NCBI RefSeq assembly: GCF_009914755.1
Contig: NC_060929.1
Direction: 5' to 3' (one strand)
Source: the human T2T-CHM13v2.0 reference genome, Homo sapiens
Length of the DNA stretch: 64,000 nucleotides
Part shown: positions 13,191 to 26,232 of the stretch, in pieces
How positions within the stretch are numbered: the stretch's first letter is position 1
Layout of the letters: the number at the start of each line of letters is the position of its first letter
Program-made: the position numbers and the translations under genes
The notes under the pieces: model-generated
Databases searched by the model: none
Told to the model about the DNA's origin: nothing
What the model saw: the letters and a program-made list of their open reading frames with translations, nothing else

Positions 13191-16100
13191 TAGCTGTGTG
13201 GGATCTCAACACAACATCCTCGGCCTGGACCCCTGTTTTCTACCTTTGGCTGGGCTTTAGATCAGAAACAAACATGGCAGGAATTCCTGCCATTGGCTTT
13301 GAACCAGAAAGAATCCCTAGAGTGGGGGTCCAAGCCAAGCTCTTGAAGGAGAGCTGAGCACCAGCCAAAGACCAAGCAACCAGGCCACATGGGCAAGACG
13401 TGAACTGCAATAAGGGTCAGAGCCAAGGCTCACAGGACATAAGCAGAGCCTGGCGGAACCTGGTGGGCTTGGAAGCATGCAGAGGGCACAGTAGTCAGGA
13501 GAATGAAGCTGGTGCTGACCTTCCCCAGTAGGAGAGTGGACAGTGGGTACCTCAGACTGACTCAAAGTAACCAAGTCAGGGACAAGTTTTCTCCCAACAA
13601 AAAATGACAGTTAATCCTCAATCGCAGGCTCAACTCCCCCTATCTACACAATCAAGTCTTATGTAGCCACGACAAAGGTAAGAATTCTAGTCTAGAGCAT
13701 TGGGATGTAGGCTTCATCTGAACTCATTCTGACAGCTCAATTCTTTGGTCGGAGGACACTCACCCATGCCTGTCTGAAAAAGTGGACTTTCCACCACTGC
13801 AATGAGTTTTCTCTTTCCTATTTCCTGTCTTTCAGGGAGTCCAGATTCATGTGTTGGTACATTTTAATCTATCCTTAACTGAGTTTTGTCCTTTGACATG
13901 ATACAGGATATTTCAAACAAAATTTCTCAGATGTGCCTGAAAAAGCATTTGCCCACTTATTCTCTTCTGTGATTTAAATTGAAGTTGGTGGTTTTTGTTT
14001 GTTTGTTTGTTTGCTCTTTTATTATGACAAGTTATCTTTTGGAATATAATAAGCTTTTGTGACTGTTTTATAATGTTACACTTTGGATTTCCTTGTCCCA
14101 TTTGTATACCTGGATTCATATACAATAACATTTTGTATCTATGCAATTATAAGGAAAGCATCTAAGAAAAAGATGGCAGATACTATAGCTGACCGTTGAG
14201 GGCTGATCCCCTTTGCAGATCTGTTTAGACCTTAGATCCAATATTTATTCTGCTTTTCTACTCTGTCCTTGTTCTCAACATAAAGAGACAAACTTCTTGA
14301 AGCTGGAAGCCACATGTTGACAGACGTGGTGATTTTTGTCAAACTCTACAGAAAACTTAGGTTTTCCACATCCAGTTTTTTTCCCTTGTTTTTTTTCTTG
14401 GGGCTGTTACACAGTCTCAACTAAAACCATGAACTCTCGTTTTTAAATATTCTGTCTACAGGCAGGTGACAGCAACTTCACATTTCAGACAGAAACATTA
14501 TGAGTAAGAACCTGGGTCAGGCACATGCATTTTTTTCAATCGTTTCATTGTGGATGATGAACCAAGCCAGGTGGGACCTTGAAAATACTGACTGATTTTT
14601 TTTTTCTGGGGTTTTGGCCAAACATGGAACTTTTAATGAAGTTCCATGAGCACTTTTAATGAGCACTTCTCTTGTGCTCCTGACTGAAAATTGCATTCTC
14701 AGAGGCAGCTATTAGGTGAGTTTGGGATCATGTTGAGTCCAACACCAGCTACTTCTGATTTTTAGGACGAAAGTTCCGCTTCATAGGACAATTGAATTCG
14801 GTCCATGGGACTTCCCACTGTAATAAAGAACTGCCCAAATTTTAATGTTTTAGTCAGTCCTGGCTCAAGCATAACCAGGTGATTTTGCTGTAGTTTTTAC
14901 ATGAAAACTCTAGTGAAGGAGGGTAATGTGTTTCAGTTTCAGTTATGCAGAAGAGCTGAGAAGAATTACTAACCAGGGTATATGCCTTTGAAATCCCCTC
15001 TTTAGTTTTTTTTTCCCCTAAAATGAGATCTTTTCAATCCTCTTGGTTTGTGTCTGAAAATCTCAGTGGCCTGAGAACACAAAGGAAATTGATTCAAAGA
15101 CTTTGGAAAACTTTGCAAAGGGGCTGTCATTCGACTGGCTTCCTTTGTCAGGTGCCCAAATCTGATACTGCCCCATGGAAAGGGTATGAGGGAGATGGAA
15201 CTCGCCCCTGACCCAGTTCCTTTTCAGCCCTGCCTTGGAGTGGTTGTGCAAAGAACAATCCCCACCATAGCCAAATCCATAATTGTTCTGGAAAGTGTTT
15301 TCCCTACGGTTTCTGATAAGTTCTTTGTAGGTGAACTTTCCTCACCAGCCAAGGAACTATCCAAGCTCCACGAGGTTAAACGATTTCCCCAAAGACTATT
15401 ACATCTTAATCCAATCAAGGAAGCAATCTCATTTTTCTGAATGCATTACCAAAATGTTTTCAAGCCTCCATTGCATGTATCTTTCTAGAGGAATAGTTTT
15501 ATGTTCATCGAATTGAAAGAAAACTTTTTAAATGCCAAAATGACAGGACACATTGATATTCCTCAGGTCAAGCTTAGAAATGCAATTTAAGTTTACCTGG
15601 CAACTGAAAATATTGTTAAAACAGATTAATGCACTCCAAGAATTCAAATTATCTACGTGGAAAAAATATAAAAATCTGTGTTGTAGGTTTAGAAAACAGA
15701 TGGGCTTATAAAGTATAACCTTTCGAAATTGATCAGCAAAGCCCCTCTTTATTAATCCTAGTTAAAATATAGCAGCTTAGGGAAGTTGTAGGGCCTCAGA
15801 TGTATCAAATAGAGATTTTTCCTGTAGGAGCTGAAAGAAGAGTACAAGTTTAAAAGAGCTCCACAGTTCCAGGAAGGCTCCCTCCTGAACACACGTGGGC
15901 AGCAACCTTAGGCACCTACCCACGAACAAAGGTTGATGGGCAAGCCTCATGCTAACAGGACCCCTCTTTCTAGCCAAGTGAAAGGCAGCCACCTAGAGCT
16001 TTCACCAAGAGGTGCACATTGCCAGTGCTTGAAAGGGAATCACAGGTGACTGGTCTGTGCATGTTACTTTTCTTGCCCACTCAAGTAGATTGTCCTGCCT

Positions 16101-16440
16101 TGTGTCTCCAAATTTCTGCTAAAGGAGTGACCCCTGGGAGGTGACCTCCCTTAGACAAACTTGGTTTACGGTTCCCAACACTGACCCACACTGAGATATG
16201 ACCTTGGACCAACTACTTAAACTCCTCAGTGTTTTAAAAACAGTTTGCACGACACACATTTTACCCTTTCCAAGCCAGAAAGGGTATCTTTCCAACAGGA
16301 TGTCCTTCTTCCTATTCCCAATGGACCTTTTTTTGGGGTCCCACTTCTTTACCTGAAAGACCCATCCAGGCAGCTGGTCAGCCTCTCTTCTGATCCTCCC
16401 TGGGCCCACTGCCCACCTTCCCAGCTCTCATTGTCTAACG

Positions 16441-17069
<629 letters not shown>

Positions 17070-17115
17070 GTCAGGAGTAGAGCAGCAGTGTCCAGTTGTG
17101 CCTGCTGGCCCATAG

Positions 17116-17471
<356 letters not shown>

Positions 17472-19614
17472 TAACTTCAGTGTGCCATGATGATATTTTA
17501 AAACCTAATAATGCCCTCTATCTACTGCTGAACTAGTAAAATAAATGTCTCTTACATTGATGTGACAGGCCCCTTGTAATATCAGTAAATATGTTCCTCT
17601 TTCTCTCCTCTCTGGTTTCTTAATCTGTGGTCAAGCTTTACCCCTAACTCACCTTGGAACATACTGCCCTCCATCCGCCTCCACACCATCCCTTAGTTCC
17701 CTAGAAAGAAATGTGACCAGATCCCCCTGCCTGCCAAGACCCTTAATGACCCTCATCCAACATCCCTCCTTCACTGGACGCATCATCCCTTTACTGATGA
17801 ACTCTCATCCAGTCCCTCAACGGCAGCAGGAGCAGCGTGTTGCCATGTGTTGTAGTTATTTATCTGAAACATCACAGCACCGTGTACAGAGCCAGCTCTA
17901 TGAGACCCTCCTAGAATGCCTAGTGCAGGGATTATGTGAAGGTGGACCCTGAATTAAAACCCTTTCCCTTTTCTCTTCTTATGCTATGTAGAAGGGATCC
18001 TAGTGCCCTATCAGTAGACTATCACCTAATTAGAGCTTGTTGAGCTAGCTTAGGGCGCGCATGGAGACCATGAGCATTTGCAATGAGTTTTAGCATATAC
18101 CTGGACTTATCCGTGGAATGGGCAAGGATATGCGGAATGGCTGCCTCATTAAAGACCTCTGGGCTTCTCCAGCTAAAGGCAGAAAACTGTTGTGTTTGAT
18201 TGTATCTCTTTGGTTGCCTGGATAATCTAAAGCAATCTCAACTCATTTGATTTAGTCACTGAGAAGCCTGTCATTGTTCTGAAATCACTTGTAAGTTTTC
18301 ACTGAAACTGGAAAGTTTTTCTTTGTTTGGCAAGATACATTTATAATTTCTTCTACAATGAAAGCCCAGGTGAGAGGGGTCCAAGCAAGCAGGTGGCACA
18401 GAAGCATTTGTTGGGTGAGATGTACCTGAAATCACCTGCATCTCCTTGTTGGCCTACGGAATGTCTGGCCTGCAGGGGCCTCTGGATGGGGGTGTGGGTG
18501 CTGGGTCTGGCCTCAGTCTTCCAGATGCAGGCTGTGGTCATCAGTCTGGTTCTCCCTCACTGCCTCTTTCCTCTGTTTTGAAGCTTAAGACAGAACTTGA
18601 CACAGTAATTCCTGGCCTGATCCTGGGTGACTCAGTACTCATTCTCATCTTTCCCTCTCCCTCATGACGGGAATCAGGAGCAGATCTCCTTCACCCCCAC
18701 CCTGTATAACCCTTTATTAGCTTTACTGTAAACAGATAAAGAGCTTTCTCTGGTGCATTTGGCTACGTTTTCCTTCTTGTTTTTTCTTGTCAGTGACACA
18801 TGCTGTTTTATTCTTGATCCTAGCATATCTGAACCTTTTGCACCATTCAGTAAAGAGAAAAGGGGAGCTCAGGTGAGAAATATAGTTTTATTATTTATTA
18901 ATTAATTTCTTATTAAGTTCAAATGTTGTTGATTCCTTACCTAAAGTCTAACAACTCTCCCCATTTCGCATCCAAGCATTCTCAATATTTGCTTTAGACA
19001 GCAACAGCAGGATGGCAAATGGACCCTAGATTCCCTCTGCTGGGTCAAAGGATGGCCCAATAAGCAAGTACTCGATAATTATTAACAATAATTGAGAGAA
19101 AGATGGAATATGGAGTATTTGCCTTTTAGGAAATAGAGTGTTCAGGTTAATATTTTTCTAAAGGAAAGAAAAAGCGTGACAGAGCTATTCCCAGACTTCC
19201 ACAGTTTAAACTTGGGCCAGTGGTCTAGGGTGTCTTAGGGGTTTGGTGGAAGGAGATTCCTGAGGGTAGCCCCTGCTCACATATATACTCTTTGCCAAGG
19301 ATTCCATGCAAGTAGTTTGTGTCACTCTCTTGCTTCAGGTATTTTTCTATGCAGACCAGGATTTTCTTGCATTCTGATCTATTCTCAGAATGAGGAATAA
19401 AGGGACCCTAAACAAACACAGGTTTCTCTCACCTCACAATAAATCAGAAGTTCAGTAAAATAATGGGAATGTCCTCTAACTTCAAACTGGGTTCAGATTT
19501 TATCAAAGCACTTTACTTGTTTGCTCTGAATCATTCAACAAAGTTACCAATTTTGTTTCCTTTAGAAGGTAATGCCAAAGCAAGTTCTATTTGGTTGATT
19601 AATTGATTGTTTGA

Positions 19615-20220
19615 TTACATGTTAATCACAGTGATCTTAAAGTTACTTCCTGCCATTGGGATAACTTCCAGGAGTAGGAGGAGTGGTCAAGATGTTTCAG
19701 AGTCACTTAAGTCCATGAGCACATGTTCAGCCTCAGCAGCTTCTGTTCTGATCAGGGTCTGTGCAAAGTCCTTGAAGATGACAGAGCAAAGCCATCGGAG
19801 GATGGTTGACTTCATGCTCTCTGCACTCCCTCCAACAAGGGGCTCTGACACTGGACACCTCATGATCAGGCCCCCAGGGCATGTGCTTCTCCCCATGGGC
19901 AGCAGCATCTGACCGGTCATCCCTGTACCTTCGCTCCATTGCTTCATTGGTCCCAGTAGGAAGCTGAGCAGAAGCACCTGGTTTCTAGGAGCTGATGAGG
20001 GCTGCTGGCAAATGAGTGGATAGTTTCCCAGAAAAGTAGTGGTCAGTGATCATAACAGGGCACTTAATGCTTGGAGGCAGGGGGCATACCATTATTCCAA
20101 TGAGCTCCAGGACCTCAGCAAAGTTGATGCAGGCAGTGGAGTATTGGTGTTTTGACAGTAAAAGGAAGCAACACTTGCACCGGCCCATCTCGAACAACTA
20201 AAAGTTGTAGCTGCTCATCC
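19615..20220 (-). pseudogene. Decayed coding-like segment of unidentified origin
   Basis: Two offset frames: MSSYNF*LFEMGRCKCCFLLLSKHQYSTACINFAEVLELIG...ITDHYF and NQVLLLSFLLGP...MKSTILRWLCSVIFKDFAQTLIRTEAAEAEHVLMDLSDSETS*PLLLLEVIPMAGSNFKITVINM*; many C/G-ending codons; GC-richer than the flanks; parent gene not recognised. Confidence 0.4.
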
Positions 20221-20226
20221 CTGGAG

Positions 20227-20430
20227 AGGGCTCCCACTTCACCAGGCACTGTGCCAAGTTCTTTGTGTGTTCTGTCTGGTGTACTCCTCACAATAAGCCA
20301 GCTGAGGCAGATATTGTCATTAACCCATGCTGCAAATAGGGAAACAGAATCTTATAGTAATCACTAAGTGACTCGTTAAATTCACAGCCAATCAAAGGCA
20401 AACCCGGGGTTTGAATTCAATTTATCTTTC
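20227..20430 (-). mobile_element. MIR
   Basis: CCAGGCACTGTGC...CTCACAAT...TAGGGAAACAG...GGTTTGAATTC, antisense MIR. Confidence 0.6.
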
Positions 20431-22385
20431 TGTCTGCTGCTTATGCTAAAATTCCGCCCCATTTCCTTTCTCTTATTTGCCTGTCTTAAAGCTTCAATTC
20501 TATCGTCACCTCTTCTGTAGAGTTTCTTTGATTTATAGAGAAGCCTTGGAGTTGAGCCTCTCCAGTCTCACTTCCACAATGGTACAGCAGTCAACTTGCT
20601 ATGGTTAGACTAACCATAACTCTGCTGTTCTAGAGACTCTGAAGTCCTGGATACCTGGACTATATATTTCTGATGTGAGGATTGCTAGCCGCTAGTACCA
20701 TACAGGTAATATACATATGATGAAAGGAGGAAAAAGAAAAACAGACAGAGGAAGGAAAGAAAGAAGAAGGGGAGGAAGAACACAGGAAGGAAAAAAGCAG
20801 ACCCTGTCATTCTTTTCAAAAGACTTAACCATAGCCATTTACCTAAAAAGAATATTAATTACTTCTATTGTATAAATAAAAAAAACTAAAAGACAACTGA
20901 AGGTGGCCTGAATTTTTTCATTGTGTAAAAATTAATGGGACTGTATCATTAGATGACCCACAGGAAGAAGGTATCATACACCTATTCACAGCGAGTAAGA
21001 TGTCAGAACATCTTACTTACAGATGGCTATTGTGTTTTCTATCAATAGCCAATTTCTGGAATTTAAATTTAATACATTTTAAGAACGATATCCTGAGACT
21101 TACATTATCAATGATCACACTTTCCTTATCTTGAACTAGGATAATAAAAATACGTAAAAAAAAAAAAAAAGTCAATTTTCTAACCTAAAAACCTTTGAAA
21201 CAGTCACCCTCAGCATAGAGCACGGTGCCAATAATACTCAATGAATTCTTCTTGAAAGCATGTGTAAATGCATGAATGTATGAATCCATAAGGAAATGAA
21301 TCTCTCTGAACCTTAACATTTAGGCAGTCAAACTGGAGATGGGAGTGGAGAACAAGATACAGTTGAGCTCCCCAAACAATTACCACGTAGTAAGATAGCA
21401 CTGAGAAAGACGCCAAGAAGGGATTTTATTTTTAAAATAAGGAAAACTAAGAGATACAGAAGATAGATTGAGAGACTCCAAACACTCTCAGTGGCAGCTC
21501 GAGAAGATGAAAAGACAATGACACAGAAGTGAATAGTCTAAAAGTTAATGGCTATTTTCCAACTTAAAAGTTCTGCTTTTTCTGTAGGACACTCAATTTG
21601 AGTTTAGAGTGAGTTAAGAAAAAAATCCATATTGGGACATAAGCTAGTACAATTTAGAACAGCAAGTTAAAGAAAAAAAAGTAAAAGTTATAAAAAATGT
21701 TTTGAAAAGAAATATCTGTAAGAATAACCGCAGACACATCACTGGCAAATTGATGAAGAAATCAATGAAGTATGCTCAGGGTACCTGAGGGAGGAAAATC
21801 AATATTGAATGATGTTCTAATCCATGACCATTAGAATTTATGATGCAATAAAGACATTTTCAGTCTTATTTAAGACAGTTTACAAGCTTTCTACATTGAA
21901 AGGAAGGACTACATATTAAGAAAAAAAAAAAAAAAAAGCAAAGTGCCTATGGAGGCATGGTGTGGATTACGAAAGTATGCCCAGTAAAGACCTTACTAAC
22001 ATCTATGTGTTCATATAACCAATTCTGTGTCTAAATTTGACTTTTGTGTATTAAACAGTTGCGGTTAAAATTCTATACAACAGGTTGAGTGGTTCTTTAG
22101 TTAATAGCTAACGAATACCATGTTCCTTGTCCTGCTGTGGAAGGAGGATACAGGACCTAAATAATTTTTGACACTGTTGAAAAAATTTAGAATAAATCCT
22201 ATTTATGTAAGTATGAATAAACTTAAAGAAAGTAAAAGAGAATTTAAAAAACTGTTTTAATATCATATAAGGTAATATTAGAAAAAATAAGGAAAGAAAG
22301 AAAAAGAAGAAAGAAGAAGGAAGGAAGAGAAAAGCTTTACTGCTAAAAATTATCAAGTTTTTAAATCTTCCTAACATTTCTCTCC

Positions 22386-22855
22386 AGTGGTTGTGAATTC
22401 CTCATGTTGTGAGATGATGCTCTGCCCTCATAAGGAAGAAACCAGCTCTCACTTCGCATCCTCCCTTGCAGCTAAGGTGCAAGCATGTGACCTTGGCTCC
22501 AACAATAAGCATATTTGAATAGGCATGAGTGAGGCTTCTGTTCAGAGTCCAGAGAATCTAAAAAGCAGGTGCTTTGCAGCATCCATTGTGGTGAGGGTAA
22601 GGGCGGAGACCTACTCTGCCAGGCCAGCCATAGCACCCAGGCCCAGCGCTCTCAGTGTTATCTACAGGGGCTGTGCCCACAGCTCGGTGTTCCTCTGCTG
22701 GGGCAGTCCTGCTGTGCCACATGGGTGTTCCAGCAAAGGATGGTTCTCTGGCCTTCTGTGACACACTCTGACGGTCTCTAGTATGCCTAAATAAGTCTCT
22801 TTCCTGCTTAAATTAGAACTGATTTGTAATATATAGCCAACAACTCTGAATGGCA
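22386..22855 (+). mobile_element. Old ERVL/MaLR-type LTR (family uncertain)
   Basis: CCTCCCTTGCAGCTAAGG...CATGTGACC and 3' AATAAGTCTCTTTCCTGCTTAAA. Confidence 0.5.
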
Positions 22856-23019
22856 TCATGCATGGTGAGGAAAACACAGTTTCACCATGGTACTATAACA
22901 ATTGATCCAGGCAGCATTCTTTGCTGGACACAGAAAATAATGAATGTGAGTTTGCTAAATAGTAATATTTACATACATTCACTGTTATTTGTTTTTTTAC
23001 AACAGGAATAAAAACTTTA

Positions 23020-23500
23020 GGATGGGTTAACGTAACACAACCTTAACCAAGTGATCCAACTTAATATCCTCAATAATAGGACAAACTGATATCATCTGCC
23101 TACAGTTATGACACCCTGAGGAGGAAACATCACTTCTTTAATATTCCTGCCAAAAGAAAAGAAAAGCATGACCTCATAACCTGAATTCAATCAGGAGGAA
23201 ACATGCAACAAACCCAAATTGAGGAACATTCTACAAAGTAATTGGGCTGAATTCTTAAAGTCAAAATCATAAAAGATGAAAGCTGAGTAAATTTTCTGGA
23301 TTAAAGGAGACAAACTGGACATGGCAATTAAATTTAATGTCAAATTCTGAATTGGATCCTGGCATATAAAAAAGAAATGTAGCTACAGAAAACATCATTG
23401 GGAAAATTAATAAAATTTGAATATGAAATATGGATGAAAAATAGTATTGAATCAATGTTACATTTTCAATTTTGATTACTATACTGATACGTAAAATCCC
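23020..23500 (+). mobile_element. L1MC/ME-like 3' region
   Basis: CCTTAACCAAGTGATC...AAACCCAAATTGAGGAACATTCTACAAA...ATTGGATCCTGG. Confidence 0.7.
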
Positions 23501-23509
23501 TTTGTCTAG

Positions 23510-24560
23510 CTGAGAGGATGTGCTGAGGTCATCAGAAAAGATTTTGCAAATATGTTGTTAATTTAGTCTCCACTCATAGCTGAGATTTTATCCTGAGGAC
23601 CTTTTTAACCTAATGGAAATACTGGAGATGAGAAACAAGTTTCTCTCCCAAATTTGAAAATTCTGGCTCTTCCATATTCCCTCTAAATTCTAATTGCAAA
23701 ATGCTCCATTCTTCCTCTAGCTCATCTCTTTCTTGCAATACCTTATTATACTTAGCTCTAAGAGCCAGCTGAACATTCAACATTCTGCTTCAAAATTTAA
23801 TTGTTCAAATCAAAAAGTTTATTAGGTACATTTGCTATCTCCCAAGTTAGCAAGCATGAGGGCTTTACGATTTGTTCCACCACCACATGACATGGGTCAC
23901 CATAACTCCAGACTCAATTTTCCTCCACTTCCTCCAACCTTGACCACAATGCAAAGACAGGAATCTTCGATTTTTGTTATAGTAGCACCAGCACCCCAAT
24001 TCTGCATAGCAGTTCTGCCTTAATTACCTATTGTCATGATAATGATGTTTTAGAAACTATCCTCAGATGCCTTAAAACAATGTAAATTTGTTATTGCTCA
24101 TGCATCAGTGGTCAGCTGGGCAGTTTTACTATTCTCACCTGGGCATCTGTGGTCAACTGCAGGTCTCACCTGTGGTCAGCTGCAGGTCTGGTGAGTGCCT
24201 CTGCTGATGGAGGCTGGGCTGCCTGACATGTTTGGGGTCAGTGGCTGTGACCAGTTTATGATGGTTTCAGTTGCAATGGCTGAGACAACTGGGCTCTCAT
24301 CCACGGGACTCTCACATTCCTCAGTCCCTCCACACATGTCATCACGGTAAATGCAGAGAGCCAAAACCCAGCAAGCCCAATTATGCAAAAAGGCACATGG
24401 AAATTTAGTGTACGTTGATGTGATTTTCTTCGCATCCAATTGGTTAATGTAAGTCACATGGCTGAGTCCAAGGCAGAGTTGGAGAGAAGTAAAAATTATA
24501 GAACTGAAGGAGTAGATATGGGGAGACTTATTAGGATCTTTCTGCAACCAACCTACCACA
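23510..24560 (-). mobile_element. MLT1 (F/G/H-like) 5' LTR (~24008-24560) plus start of the MLT1 internal region
   Basis: Antisense LTR text CCTTAAAACAAT...TTATTGCTCATGCATC...AAGTCACATGGC; internal start reads CAGAATTGGGGTGCTGGTGCT on the minus strand. Confidence 0.6.
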
Positions 24561-24589
24561 TGGTGACCTGGTTTGTGATGAAGAAACCA

Positions 24590-24757
24590 CTGATAATCAG
24601 TGGGATAAGTCTTAGAATCTCCATAGGTAGCGCTAGGTGAATCTGATATCTACATTGAAAAAATGAATTTTGACCTCTAACTTATGCCAAAGACAAAAAT
24701 TGATTTAATTGGACCACAGAATTCAATGTGCAAGATAAAACAATAAAGCTTCCAGAC
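24590..24757 (+). mobile_element. L1M ORF2 fragment
   Basis: AAAATGAATTTTGACCTC...CAAAAATTGATT...AAAACAATAAAGCTTCCAGA. Confidence 0.55.
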
Positions 24758-24969
24758 ACGTCCCTGCTGATTTATTACCAGTCTCATGATGGGAGTTGCC
24801 TTTTGAAAACACAGATCAGCTCATAAAGTCCCCTTCTCAGAAATGTGACATGGCCCCACTGTCTTCAAAATAAATGTCAATCCTTTTATCGTTGCCTTTA
24901 AAATCCTTCTAAATCTTACCTCAAGCTACATCCCAAAAGGGACCTCCTCCCCTAGACATGCCAGGAGCT

Positions 24970-25280
24970 GCTCGCCCCGGAAAGCAGCTCTGTTTGCAGA
25001 ATCGCGCACCGGCTCTGCACACTCCCACTCGCTTTTCCGGTTGCTCAGCTTTCTACTCCCTCTTTATTGGTAAAATATAAATTGCAATTTCAGGACACAT
25101 TTTTTTAAGTATTAGGCTCTTGAAACTTTCCAGAGTACACAGGCAAACGTAACTCCCTCTCTTATGTGTCCTCCCAGAATTTTACTCAGTCACGTTGCTC
25201 ACTGCTGCGCACTCCTGCAGACGCATCCCAGTGGACTCTGCGCTGCATCCCCAGAGTACAGCGAGTTTCCCGCCTCCCGT
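24970..25280. promoter_or_regulatory. Small CpG-retaining cluster, putative enhancer/promoter
   Basis: About 15 CpG in 310 bp; CCGGAA 24977, TTCCGG 25035, TGCACAC 25016, TGCGCAC 25206, TTTCCCGC 25266. Confidence 0.35.
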
Positions 25281-25872
25281 TAGAGATCCAACACATATTT
25301 TTTTTGAAAGAAGAAACTGATGGAAGACAGGAAGCAAAAAGGAGAGGAAGGAAAGGGATAGGAAGGAGGGGAAGGAAAGGGAAAGGAAGGAAAAGAAAGG
25401 AAAGTGAACTTGAAATCCTACAAGGTCTCAAAGTCAAAAAACATGTAAGTCAATTATCACAGAAAATAAAAGAACTGCTACAAGGGCAAGTTACTGGGCC
25501 AAATCTGTCACTATTACAACATAGTATGAGTGTGTTCATTTTTGGTCATTGTAATCATTGTTGCTTTGGTTATAGTCATCTATTTTATAATTTGTGGTGT
25601 CCATTTAGTTATCTTTTGTAAAAAAAAAATGTATTGTGCATGTGTATGTGTGAGAGACAGAGAGAGAGTTTTTCACAAATGGAAAATGAAGATACAATTT
25701 GGATATGGGAGAAATGGAAATTTATTTTAATGCCTGTTGACATTTATTTCACTTTGATAACCATATTATCTCCCACCCTTAATTTTAGAGATTGCTAGGA
25801 GGAAAGATGTTGCATTCTTAATAGATCAAGTAATTTAACTTCCAATAATAGTTTAAGCTAGATTTTCCACCC

Positions 25873-26232
25873 TGCTATTGTTTGAACGTTTGTGTCTCTC
25901 CAAGATTCATGTTCATACTTAATTCCCAACGCAGTAGTATTAAGTTGTAGGGTCTTTATTAGGTGATTAGGTCATGAGGGCTCTGGCCCCATGAATGGGA
26001 ATACTCCCCTTATACAAGGATTTGAGGGAGTCTGTTCATCCCTTTTGCCATGTGAAGACATAGCTAGAAGGTGCCATCTTTGAAGGAGAGTACGCTTTCA
26101 CCAGACAATGAATCTGCTGGTACCTTGGTCCTGGATTTCCCAGTCCCCGGAACTGTGATCAATAAATTTCTATTAGTTATAAATTTCTCAATCTAAGGCA
26201 TTTTGCTATAGTAGTGTGAAAAGGCTGAGACA
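25873..26232 (+). mobile_element. MLT1A-like solo LTR
   Basis: TGCTATTGTTTGAACGTTTGTGTC...GGTGATTAGGTCATGAGGG...AATAAATTTCTATT...CTGAGACA. Confidence 0.88.

Noticed and set aside
19607-19912. 101-aa plus-strand ORF
   Set aside because: Ser-rich antisense shadow of the more coding-like minus frame
19581-20262. CAAGTTCT at 19581 and 20255 as a TSD for the coding-like relic
   Set aside because: The right copy lies inside MIR-like sequence that continues inward to ~20227, so an 8-bp coincidence is more likely
25166-25621. 151-aa ORF
   Set aside because: GTG start, runs through a GA-rich low-complexity tract, no domain
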